In this document: positions 8,505-15,807 of the stretch, piece after piece | How the letters are laid out: each line of letters opens with the position of its first letter | Numbering within the stretch: position 1 is the first letter of the stretch | Source of the DNA: a virus | DNA: 18,106 nucleotides | Direction: 5' to 3' (one strand) | UHGV virus genome: UHGV-0176695 | Notes under the pieces: model-generated | Database searches by the model: none | Seen by the model: only the letters and a program-made list of their open reading frames with translations | Told to the model about the DNA's origin: nothing | Program-made: the position numbers and the translations under genes

Positions 8505-8882
8505 CTATCGCTTCAATTGAAAATGTGGACCGTCTTTAAGCGTCCGCCAGTCCCCGCCCCATTCGATGGCGATTCCCAGCTCTGCGGCAGCCTGCTTAAA
8601 TGCCTGTGCGATTTTCTCGTACAGAGGCCAGTCCCATGACACCTGACTGCCAACGTAAGCCACAACATCCACCGCATCACCGGTCAGGTGGCGGCTGTTC
8701 ATGGTCTGGCTTTTCCCTGCCGCAACCAGTTGTTTCTGACGATACTTACTGCGCAGGCCTTCCGTAATACCGAAATCAACCTCCGTAAGCTCCAGCGCAC
8801 GGCGAACGACAGCAACCAGCTGTGGTTTAACGCCCTCCAGATTCTTTTCGCTGCGACGACTAAATCTGAATTTACCCGACAT
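8505..8882 (-). CDS. Endolysin, peptidase M15 family (L-alanyl-D-glutamate endopeptidase type)
   Basis: ATG at 8882 with a GAGGTGA ribosome-binding site (the track start at 8888 is GTG). Contains the zinc-ligand motif S-x-H-x2-G-x-A-x-D (SRHLTGDAVD) and a C-terminal His (WGGDW...DGPHFQ), typical of VanY/M15 phage endolysins. Confidence 0.8.
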   Translation of the reverse strand: MSGKFRFSRRSEKNLEGVKPQLVAVVRRALELTEVDFGITEGLRSKYRQKQLVAAGKSQTMNSRHLTGDAVDVVAYVGSQVSWDWPLYEKIAQAFKQAAAELGIAIEWGGDWRTLKDGPHFQLKR

Positions 8883-8884
8883 AT

Positions 8885-9160
8885 TCACCTCAACAATGGA
8901 AAGATTTTTGTGACGTTCCCGCGTGCGCGTATCACCAGCACGCAGAACAGCAGGTTAAAAAACACTTCCAGCCAGCCCGTTGCTAACGGGCGACCACACA
9001 GATAGCTGAGGGGGGCAAAGGCATACAGCAGCATCAGCAGCCAGGCCAGCCATGACATCAGCGGTTTATGTCTGGAATCACGACGACGATAAAAAAAGAG
9101 CGTCAGCACGATAACCGTGCATAACGCCACATTCAGCAATCCGGGAAGGTTACTTAACAT
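8885..9160 (-). CDS. Holin or antiholin-like membrane protein (three predicted transmembrane segments)
   Basis: Track ORF trimmed to ATG 9160 behind a GGAGGAGGAGG ribosome-binding site; 91 aa with three hydrophobic segments; overlaps the upstream membrane-protein gene by 11 nt and is followed directly by the endolysin. Confidence 0.5.
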   Translation of the reverse strand: MLSNLPGLLNVALCTVIVLTLFFYRRRDSRHKPLMSWLAWLLMLLYAFAPLSYLCGRPLATGWLEVFFNLLFCVLVIRARGNVTKIFPLLR

Positions 9161-9542
9161 TGCCTCCTCCTCCACCCCGCAGACGGGAGAACAGGCTGGA
9201 CACCAGTGATGCAATATCCTGCTGGTGGATGAACGAGAGAATCTTCACCGACACCACTGACACCAGCACTGCACACAGTGCGTCGACAGGCGCACCGTCA
9301 AACCCTGTATGCTTTACCAGCCAGGATGCCAGAACCTCTGCGCCCAGCACGCCAATAATGAACGACACCAGAAAATGCGCCGCCACACGCCAGGCTGAAA
9401 GCGCCTGCGGCATCGTTGCCACAAACAACGCCCCAGCGAACGCACCAAACACAATCCCGAAATCCGTTCCGGTAAACAGCCCGAATACCGTCGCCCCGCC
9501 GAGCGCCGCAGCCGTGCCGGAACCGGATAAGGGTTCAGACAT
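9150..9542 (-). CDS. Putative holin (multi-pass membrane protein, 130 aa)
   Basis: Track ORF 9150..9680 trimmed to ATG 9542, preceded by AGGAG with a 7-nt spacer; the longer ORF would run through an upstream terminator. Gly/Ala-rich hydrophobic segments; first gene of the lysis cassette. Confidence 0.5.
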   Translation of the reverse strand: MSEPLSGSGTAAALGGATVFGLFTGTDFGIVFGAFAGALFVATMPQALSAWRVAAHFLVSFIIGVLGAEVLASWLVKHTGFDGAPVDALCAVLVSVVSVKILSFIHQQDIASLVSSLFSRLRGGGGGNVK

Positions 9543-9556
9543 ACTTTTTCTCCTGT

Positions 9557-9580
9557 AAATAAAAAAGGCCACCAGCGGCC
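9557..9580 (-). terminator. Intrinsic terminator immediately upstream of the holin ribosome-binding site
   Basis: Minus-strand hairpin GGCC-GCTGGT-GGCC (plus 9567-9580) followed by TTTTTTATTT (plus 9557-9566), then AGGAG and the holin ATG. Confidence 0.45.
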
Positions 9581-9664
9581 CGTAAAAAAACACCCCATCA
9601 AAGGCACCCGCAGATGCATTTTGTATGGTGTTATCTGATGTGATGTACGCCGGACGTGGCGCGG

Positions 9665-9694
9665 ATATAAAAAAGGCCACGCAAGTGCGCAGCC
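9665..9694 (-). terminator. Intrinsic terminator downstream of the cargo gene
   Basis: Minus-strand RNA hairpin GGCUGCGC-ACUU-GCGUGGCC (8 bp including two G-U pairs; plus 9675-9694) followed by UUUUUUAUAU; lies 8 nt after the TGA stop at 9704..9702. Confidence 0.5.
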
Positions 9695-9701
9695 CGATGA
9701 T

Positions 9702-10286
9702 TCAGAGATTTTCGAACGATTCCTTTTTACGACTCCAGCCTTCTATCTTCGGAAGAGATGCTTTGCCAAATTTCACCTCATTCATCGACATTAAGATACT
9801 GTCTTTGATGAACTCGCATATCTCGTTAAATTTTGCGTACGTATCTACGTGCGAAAATGTTCTGGCCTGATAACCATCAACTGAAATCGTTATGTTATCA
9901 CCATCAAGCAAAAGAATCTTTACACCGACTTTCACCCATTCCGACTGCCGCGGGTTGTCATCAATGACAGTACATAAATCAAATTCAACACCATCCTGAA
10001 GCTCAACCCTCAAATCCTCAGGTTTATTAACGTGTCCGCGCCACGATATATAAACATACGGACGTTCTTTGCCGTTAATATCACGCCACTGCGAGGCAGG
10101 CAGTTCCAGAGAATTTTCATAAACACTGACTAGCCTTTTGGCGGTATCCCGCAACCGCTGAATGTATCCCTGCTCAGCTTTCAGTATTTCGGCCCGTTTT
10201 GCCCTGATATCCACATAAGTGACCACTGTATCAATCCTCTTATGAACAAATAAACAAGCCATCATAATAACCGCCAGGGTATACAT
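9702..10286 (-). CDS. Cargo (moron) protein of unknown function; N-terminal hydrophobic anchor, coiled-coil-like segment, beta-rich C-terminal domain
   Basis: Open frame 9702..10391, but the track start is GTG and the extension runs through two terminator hairpins. First ATG after them is 10286 (MYTLAVIMMACLFVHK...). An alternative GTG about 60 nt further downstream (VVTYVDIRAK...) has a better ribosome-binding site (AAGAGGA, 8-nt spacer) and would remove the anchor. Region is clearly more AT-rich than its flanks. No family recognised. Confidence 0.5.
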   Translation of the reverse strand: MYTLAVIMMACLFVHKRIDTVVTYVDIRAKRAEILKAEQGYIQRLRDTAKRLVSVYENSLELPASQWRDINGKERPYVYISWRGHVNKPEDLRVELQDGVEFDLCTVIDDNPRQSEWVKVGVKILLLDGDNITISVDGYQARTFSHVDTYAKFNEICEFIKDSILMSMNEVKFGKASLPKIEGWSRKKESFENL

Positions 10287-10309
10287 GAAAAAGGCCCGCC
10301 GCAGCGAGC
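10287..10309 (-). terminator. Intrinsic terminator abutting the cargo gene start
   Basis: Minus-strand hairpin GCUCGC-UGCG-GCGGGC (plus 10294-10309) followed by CUUUUUC, then ATG 10286. Confidence 0.4.
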
Positions 10310-10332
10310 CATAAAGAAACAGGATTCTGAAT

Positions 10333-10356
10333 AAAAAAAACCGCCTGGTACGGCGG
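10333..10356 (-). terminator. Intrinsic terminator downstream of the tRNA genes
   Basis: Minus-strand hairpin CCGCC-GTACCA-GGCGG (plus 10341-10356) followed by eight U (plus 10333-10340). Confidence 0.55.
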
Positions 10357-10718
10357 CTGAAATGGTCAAAAGAACACGTTATATATGTCACAACATTTGA
10401 GGCGTCGGGTGCCTCCCGAAGTATTCAGCCCTGCATGAACACTGTGACTTCCCGCTAAACCGACTCTTTAAATCACCCTCGCACTGAGGAACGCCTCTGC
10501 GGTGTCATTACAACACCAGAATGATGCATCACCGACCCTGCCAGGAAATACAAAATCTCCACCAGCAATGCACCATTCTGCTGCCGTAAAAAAATCAGCA
10601 CTGAGGCTAACCTGGCCTCAAATCATAGCCAGAGAACAGAATGTCTCTTAAAACAACCCGCTCCCACGTAATAAAAAATACGCCAGTGCTGCAATACAAT
10701 AAGGCTTATTTCAAATGC

Positions 10719-10793
<75 letters not shown>

Positions 10794-10796
10794 ATA

Positions 10797-10872
<76 letters not shown>

Positions 10873-11041
10873 ATTGGTTCCTCAGGAAAAATAAAAATGA
10901 CCGCGCTTTACATCCCCCTCGGAACCGAAAAAGAATATTAATGAGGACAGACACTTTTTCAATCAAAAACCGTGTCAATATTCGTAAATATATGTATAGT
11001 TTTCCATTAGTTATGAAATTCAGAAATAATGACACGCACAT

Positions 11042-12088
11042 TTAACGATTATTTTTTATTTCAATTACAGTCTGGTTAAATCTCTCTTCTTCCAGTTCCA
11101 CACCTATTGCACGCCTTCCCAGCGATAATGCTGCTTTTATTGTTGACCCCGACCCCATAAAAAAATCAGCGACCAAATCTCCCGGATGGCTGCTGGCGGT
11201 AATTATCTGACGCAACATATCCGCCGGTTTCTCACAGGGATGTTTGCCGGGGTAATACTGCACAGGCTTGTGCGTCCAGACATCCGTATACGGAACGGCA
11301 GCCGATACGGAAAAATAACGCCGCAGGGATTTGTACTCCTCCAGCAGACTGGCATATTGCCGGTTCAGTTCACTGTATGTGCTGACCAGCTGGTGGTGTG
11401 GCTTTTCCAGTTCACCGCGCTGATGTTTTTCTGCTGCAACACGCGCAAACAACGCCTGTAATTTCAGATAATCGCCTTCGTTCGGCAACTGCCACTGACT
11501 GGTGCCAAACCAGTGCGAAGCCATGTTTTTCTTTCCGGTGGCTTCCGCTATCTGTTTTGACGTTATTCCCAGTAATTCACGCGCATCACGAAAGTAAGAA
11601 ATCAGCGGGGCCATGACGTGCTGTTTTAGCTCGCGCCCCTTTGCCGCATAGCCGTCATTTTTGGGCTGGTATGGCCCCTGATAATGTTCAGCAAACAGAA
11701 TGCGTTCTGTTGCCGGAAAATACGCCCGCAGGCTTTCCTTGTTGCACCCGTTCCAGCGCCCGGACGGCTTCGCCCAGATAATGTGGTTCAGCACATTAAA
11801 GCGTTCACGCATCATGATTTCGATATCAGATGCCAGGCGATGACCACAGAACAGGTAAAGACTTCCGGCAGGCTTTAATACCCGCCAGAATTGCGCCAGA
11901 CACTGGTCCAGCCATTTCAGATAATCATCGTCGCCCTTCCACTGGTTATCCCAGCCTTCGGGCTTCACTTTAAAGTATGGCGGGTCTGTGACTATCAGAT
12001 CGACAGAGTTTTCCGGTAAGGTCTGGATAAATTCCAGGCAATCAGCGTTGATTAACTCACAACTGGATATTTTCACAGTATTAGCCAT
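11042..12088 (-). CDS. DNA methyltransferase, beta-class amino-MTase (N6-adenine or N4-cytosine); no adjacent restriction gene
   Basis: 348-aa ORF with ATG at 12088; catalytic motif IV DPPY (LIVTDPPYF) near the N-terminus and the AdoMet-binding motif FFMGSGST near the C-terminus, the circularly permuted order typical of the beta class. Neighbours are tRNAs and a small HTH gene, not an endonuclease. Confidence 0.85.
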   Translation of the reverse strand: MANTVKISSCELINADCLEFIQTLPENSVDLIVTDPPYFKVKPEGWDNQWKGDDDYLKWLDQCLAQFWRVLKPAGSLYLFCGHRLASDIEIMMRERFNVLNHIIWAKPSGRWNGCNKESLRAYFPATERILFAEHYQGPYQPKNDGYAAKGRELKQHVMAPLISYFRDARELLGITSKQIAEATGKKNMASHWFGTSQWQLPNEGDYLKLQALFARVAAEKHQRGELEKPHHQLVSTYSELNRQYASLLEEYKSLRRYFSVSAAVPYTDVWTHKPVQYYPGKHPCEKPADMLRQIITASSHPGDLVADFFMGSGSTIKAALSLGRRAIGVELEEERFNQTVIEIKNNR

Positions 12089-12238
12089 AGATCAATAAGC
12101 ACTTCTCTGATAGGCTCATTCTGCTTTTGCGCAAAGCAGATGGGCCTGAGGTTTGCTTGTGACCCCAACGCATGAGCAGATGGCTGGCAGGTGCCGCTAA
12201 CACCCACCAGCCGCCCATTACCACAAATTAAAAAGCCT

Positions 12239-12436
12239 TCACTGCGGAAGGCGTCTGTAACAACCGAACTGATAATCTGCCAGACCCGCCATAACAAGCT
12301 GGGTCAGTATTAACTGGCAGCGTTCGCGTGAAAGGTAAGTATTCTGTGCAATCTCCCCGACGGTCGCCGGTTCGCTGACGCTTAACTCATTAAACACCAC
12401 TCTGGCGGTTTCGGTCATATCCTGCTGTTTTAGCAT
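12239..12436 (-). CDS. Small helix-turn-helix-like protein (65 aa), possible transcriptional regulator
   Basis: Track ORF 12239..12559 trimmed to ATG 12436 (AAGGA ribosome-binding site); the longer form would run through the upstream terminator. Candidate HTH segment TVGEIAQNTYLSRERCQLIL. No family recognised. Confidence 0.4.
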   Translation of the reverse strand: MLKQQDMTETARVVFNELSVSEPATVGEIAQNTYLSRERCQLILTQLVMAGLADYQFGCYRRLPQ

Positions 12437-12559
12437 GTCTTTTTTCCTTTTCTGGTTAACGTGACATACCAATAACTCTTGTCCAAAAAGCCAGCAAGCT
12501 GAAAGACCGGCATTCGCAACCACCAGCGCATTTAACGTCCTGTACCGCTTTTCGGGCAC

Positions 12560-12582
12560 AAAAAAACCCGCTTGGCGGCGGG
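12560..12582 (-). terminator. Intrinsic terminator about 50 nt downstream of the late promoter (tR'-like)
   Basis: Minus-strand hairpin CCCGC-CGCCAA-GCGGG (plus 12567-12582) followed by seven U (plus 12560-12566). Confidence 0.6.
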
Positions 12583-12636
12583 TTTTGCTTACTTTGCCAT
12601 CGCGTACAAAATCGGCAAAATATCAGATTTGCATGA

Positions 12637-12665
12637 AATATATGCTTTTTAATCTACTTTTGCAA
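12637..12665 (-). promoter_or_regulatory. Sigma70-type promoter just downstream of the Q-like gene (candidate late promoter pR')
   Basis: On the minus strand: -35 TTGCAA (plus 12660-12665), 17-nt spacer, -10 TATATT (plus 12637-12642). The -35 overlaps the last codons of the Q-like ORF. Confidence 0.45.
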
Positions 12666-13338
12666 TACTTTGCTTTGAAAATGCCGCCTTTTGTTCCAAA
12701 CGCGTTCTCATTACCAACAATAAAGCCTCACTATCCAGCTGGTGGAAAATGTGTTTCATTGCAACCCAGTGACCAGTAAATGTTTTGGACCAGTTTTTAG
12801 TTGTCACTCCCGCCAGTAATGCCAGATCCTGGTATTCATAACCTTCCCCGCCAAAAAGTTCTGCTTTTACTGCCTGCGCCGCCAGCCAGATTAATTTTTT
12901 CAGGCGTTCCCGTGTTTTCTCTGCAATTTTCCTGTTGCCAGAATGAGCCTTAAACTCTTCCCATGCCCAGCGGGTTATGGTGACCTGATACTCCCAGCAA
13001 ATATTTCCGCTGTAACACCACAACAACCAGGTTTTATGAGGTTCTTCAAGAGACAGAACAGCCCGTCGCCATGAGGATGTCGAAAACTCAACCTGACTTA
13101 CCAGAGGAATTGACGTCCCCTTCGCCAGCGATTGTTTCCCCGGGATTGGTGGATTATCCCGCGTGATCATTTTTCCAGTCACTTCATCGCGGTACCGGAT
13201 TTTTTTACGCCTGTAACGCCCTGTATCGAACATGGCATTCTCCTGCCAGGCTTCAAGCTGACCTTTTGTTGCCCCACTCAAATCGGCGGTGGCGATAATG
13301 AGCTGCTCACGAACAAACTGTAAATACTGGTTATTCAT
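12649..13338 (-). CDS. Putative late-gene antitermination protein (Q-like)
   Basis: 229-aa ORF; ATG at 13338 overlaps the RusA stop (ATGA). Sits directly downstream of rusA and upstream of a promoter-terminator pair, the classical lambdoid Q position. Assigned by synteny and architecture, not by recognised sequence motifs. Confidence 0.45.
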   Translation of the reverse strand: MNNQYLQFVREQLIIATADLSGATKGQLEAWQENAMFDTGRYRRKKIRYRDEVTGKMITRDNPPIPGKQSLAKGTSIPLVSQVEFSTSSWRRAVLSLEEPHKTWLLWCYSGNICWEYQVTITRWAWEEFKAHSGNRKIAEKTRERLKKLIWLAAQAVKAELFGGEGYEYQDLALLAGVTTKNWSKTFTGHWVAMKHIFHQLDSEALLLVMRTRLEQKAAFSKQSIAKVD

Positions 13339-13694
13339 GCGCACTCCAGCCCTGTGATTTTTATCCCCAACCGACCACCAGGAACGACCTGACCGCGCAC
13401 AATATTAATTTCATCAAACTGCTCGTCGTCGATAAGCAACCCCGCATGTGTCAGTGCATCCAGTGGTGCTTTCAGAATATTGTCCAGGTCACGACGGCGC
13501 TTATCCGGCGGCTCTGCAATGATCTTTATCGCCAGCCTTCCGGACAGGTTTAATTTCAGCCGCTGCTGGTGAACAATAAGCGCCACATCCCGGCGATAAC
13601 GCTCACCGACTTTTGATACAAAATATGTGCTGCCACGACGTCGCCAGTAGGTGTTCACCGTCGGCGGGTAAGGCAAAACAAACTCTATATGCAT
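13335..13694 (-). CDS. rusA: RusA-family Holliday junction resolvase
   Basis: 119-aa ORF; ATG at 13694 with an AGAGG ribosome-binding site. Sequence (LPYPPTVNTYWRRRG...PDKRRRDLDNILKAPLDALTHAGLLIDDEQF) matches the E. coli RusA pattern (LPWPPSNNRYY...[23 protein letters not shown]) from memory. Confidence 0.85.
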   Translation of the reverse strand: MHIEFVLPYPPTVNTYWRRRGSTYFVSKVGERYRRDVALIVHQQRLKLNLSGRLAIKIIAEPPDKRRRDLDNILKAPLDALTHAGLLIDDEQFDEINIVRGQVVPGGRLGIKITGLECA

Positions 13695-13706
13695 CAGTAA
13701 CCTCTT

Positions 13707-14756
13707 TTACCCAAGCACGCCGGTTGCAAAGGCGTGATCAAGAAAACGAAAAATTAAATCAACCTGGGAACCATGCTTTTCTTCGAACGCCAGCGGATCC
13801 GCATGAAGTTCGTTGTGATGCTCCCGGCACAGCGGTAGCGTGAAAATATCGTGGGATTTTGTTCCCATTCCGCCCTGACCATGACCAATCAGGTGATGGG
13901 GATCGTCGGCTGGCTTACCACAACACGCACACGGCTGTGTCTTCACCCAGCGTGTGTATTTCTCATTTACCCAGCGGCGACGTTTAGGCCGCTTCATGAA
14001 AGATTCAGGAGACTCCGGATCAACAGCAATGCTGACCACCGCCTTTTCCTGCGGTGAGTTCTGTTGCTGGTGGACGTGAGGCGATAGCACAATATTTTTT
14101 GTGCGCTGCTTCAGTATGCTGGTGGCTGTCTGCTCTCCCGGTATGATGTCGCTTTCGCGGTACACCGAGCGAATTTTTTCCGCACGTAACCCCAGAGAAC
14201 GACGTAATACTACCTCCGGTAGTGCGTCCGCCACCTGATTGCAGACAGCCCACCAGGATAATTCAGCCAGCGATAATTCCCGCTCCTGCGCACCGCTTAT
14301 TGCGTGACGGATGACGTCAATCATCCATGCTGTCAGGTTTTGTTGAGCAAGTTGCTCAAGTGATTCTGAGGTCTGGTCACGCAGCTGGTTGTCGCAGTGC
14401 CAGCACAACACCATCGCGCCGGTACCGTAACGATGTATGACGGTTTCACTGTGATGGTAGTCACCATGAGGCCACTGGCAGGATTTAACATGACGCAGGA
14501 GCCAGTCAGACAGTGCACCAGCGCCGCCGGCAGCACGAATCACCCGTTCGTCGCTGAAAAATGGCAGCAATGATTTATCTTCCGCCAGCGGCTGGCGAAC
14601 GGCAGGAACAACTCCGGACGGCAGACCGCGCATGCTTTTCGGTTCCGGCTCCACCAGCACTCGAGGGTTATGAAATACCTGCATGGATTCAAAGCCCGGC
14701 TTTAGCACCACCAGCCCAAGTTCCGGTACCAGTACAGGTCGAAGCAATACCCGCAC
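13707..14756 (-). CDS. DUF968-like prophage protein with a C-terminal HNH-like Cys/His motif (YdfU-like)
   Basis: 349-aa ORF as given in the track, but its start at 14756 is GTG; in-frame ATGs at 14684 and 14633 lack good ribosome-binding sites. C-terminal CACCGKPADDPHHLIGHGQGG...CREHHNELH motif. Family assigned from memory. Confidence 0.6.
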   Translation of the reverse strand: MRVLLRPVLVPELGLVVLKPGFESMQVFHNPRVLVEPEPKSMRGLPSGVVPAVRQPLAEDKSLLPFFSDERVIRAAGGAGALSDWLLRHVKSCQWPHGDYHHSETVIHRYGTGAMVLCWHCDNQLRDQTSESLEQLAQQNLTAWMIDVIRHAISGAQERELSLAELSWWAVCNQVADALPEVVLRRSLGLRAEKIRSVYRESDIIPGEQTATSILKQRTKNIVLSPHVHQQQNSPQEKAVVSIAVDPESPESFMKRPKRRRWVNEKYTRWVKTQPCACCGKPADDPHHLIGHGQGGMGTKSHDIFTLPLCREHHNELHADPLAFEEKHGSQVDLIFRFLDHAFATGVLG

Positions 14757-14757
14757 G

Positions 14758-15030
14758 TTACCTCCAGATGCGTTGCTGGAATGTGCGGGACGGACGCGGT
14801 GGGCGTTCGGAGTAAGGGAGCCTGACGTAGATTATCCAGTGACGATAATCGAGGCTGAGGGCTTTCTTAAACTCATACCCACGTCTGCGGTAGTTATGAA
14901 TCAGCCATTCGGCCTGTTCTTCAGTGCAGGGGTCATGCTGGTACCAGTCATATTTGAATGTATGAGAACGCCGCCCGTGCCTGCTGGCAAGGTCGGTATC
15001 AGAATTGTGATGTTTGGTATTGTGCGCCAT
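14758..15030 (-). CDS. Hypothetical protein (about 90 aa)
   Basis: Track ORF 14758..15156 trimmed to ATG 15030 because the N-terminal extension overlaps the terminator at 15101-15124; weak ribosome-binding site; basic and His-rich. Start and reality uncertain. Confidence 0.35.
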   Translation of the reverse strand: MAHNTKHHNSDTDLASRHGRRSHTFKYDWYQHDPCTEEQAEWLIHNYRRRGYEFKKALSLDYRHWIIYVRLPYSERPPRPSRTFQQRIWR

Positions 15031-15100
15031 CGGTTTTCTCTGCTGGCGCAGCAGGTGCCAGTTGTTCAGGCTGGCCTGTGGATTGTAAACCAGAATACGT

Positions 15101-15124
15101 AAAACAAAAAACCCGCCGAAGCGG
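15101..15124 (-). terminator. Intrinsic terminator downstream of hok
   Basis: Minus-strand hairpin CCCGC-TTCG-GCGGG (plus 15111-15124) followed by TTTTTTGTTT (plus 15101-15110), about 70 nt after the hok stop. Confidence 0.6.
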
Positions 15125-15196
15125 GTTAAGCGCGGGTGCGTTGAGGATGCCGACACATCAGAGGTGGCGGGAGATTACTCTCCCGCCTGGTCACTC

Positions 15197-15352
15197 TTAC
15201 TTCTCAGATTCGTAGTCCACGAAGACAACAACCTCCGTCTGGCCGGTTCGGATTCGTACCTCGCAGAGGTCTTTCCTCGTTACCAGTGCCGTCACTATGA
15301 CGGTTAAACAGATGACGATCAGGGCGATTAACATCGCCTTTTGCTGCTTCAT
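15197..15352 (-). CDS. hok: Hok/Gef-family type I toxin (small membrane-depolarising peptide)
   Basis: 51-aa ORF translated by hand: MKQQKAMLIALIVICLTVIVTALVTRKDLCEVRIRTGQTEVVVFVDYESEK. ATG at 15352 with an AAGGAG ribosome-binding site 9 nt upstream. Near-identical to E. coli Hok proteins from memory. It is missing from the ORF track because it is under 60 aa. Confidence 0.85.
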   Translation of the reverse strand: MKQQKAMLIALIVICLTVIVTALVTRKDLCEVRIRTGQTEVVVFVDYESEK

Positions 15353-15560
15353 AGCCTGCTTCTCCTTGACCTTTCGGTCCGTAAGAGGCTAACCTATGTT
15401 TGTGTGGCATAGATTGGGCCTCAGATTAATGTTAAGCGTCCTGCAAGACGCGTAATGTTAACTGGGGCTTTTCTCTGTCTGCCTTACAGTGGCATGCCCG
15501 AGGCAGACAGCCTCAAGCACCCGCAGCAATCTTACCGACACCGATAAGAAAACGCTATTT
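15353..15560. promoter_or_regulatory. Structured hok leader with a mok-equivalent frame and candidate Sok antisense region
   Basis: The frame upstream of and in-frame with hok reads PLTDRKVKEKQAM, matching the Mok N-terminal region from memory, but is closed by TAG three codons further upstream. Plus-strand candidate antisense promoter: TTGACC at 15366-15371 and TAACCT at 15390-15395. Hairpins at 15436-15451 and a 9-bp inverted repeat CTGTCTGCC/GGCAGACAG at 15475-15510. Confidence 0.35.
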
Positions 15561-15807
15561 TTTATTGCCAGCACCATCTATCCAGGCTAATTTATCTGCG
15601 TCAGAACGGCGCAATGCGCTCGCCTGAGATACGTTTACTTGCCATGGTAACAACAGGTAACGGCAATTGTTGTTTCTGTTTTGTTTCCTTCAAAAACCCC
15701 GGACCATCAATCCGGGGTTTTTGTTTGTTATCCCCAGCGGCAAATCGAATACACCACCAGCGCCACCGCCATTGCAATTCCTACCGTTGTGAACGCTTCA
15801 GACCAGG

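Noticed and set aside
9150-10391. N-terminally extended track ORFs (9150..9680, 8885..9214, 9702..10391; likewise 12239..12559, 14758..15156, 16629..17084, 16996..17340 elsewhere)
   Set aside because: The track evidently lets GTG/TTG act as starts. These extensions begin at non-ATG codons without ribosome-binding sites and run through intrinsic terminator hairpins or upstream genes; internal ATGs with Shine-Dalgarno motifs were used instead.
9543-10391. Shiga toxin (stxA/stxB) or another recognisable toxin at the Stx-equivalent site
   Set aside because: The only ORF here encodes a protein of about 190 aa with no resemblance to StxA (about 300 aa, N-glycosidase motifs) or StxB (about 90 aa), and there is no two-gene A/B arrangement.
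10392-10718. Possible third tRNA or small RNA between tRNA-Gly and the downstream terminator
   Set aside because: No T-arm (GGTTCGAATCC-like) or cloverleaf could be found by eye on either strand; left as unassigned transcribed spacer, though a covariance-model scan would be needed to be sure.
12073-12297. 74-aa minus-strand ORF overlapping the methyltransferase start and the small HTH gene
   Set aside because: Overlaps two better-supported genes out of frame, has no ribosome-binding site, and covers the palindromic intergenic element.
15204-15410. 68-aa track ORF overlapping hok in another frame
   Set aside because: The conserved Hok sequence is in a different frame (15197..15352) with its own ribosome-binding site, and the Mok-like residues are in frame with hok rather than with this ORF; its translation is low-complexity (Gly/Arg/Pro-rich).
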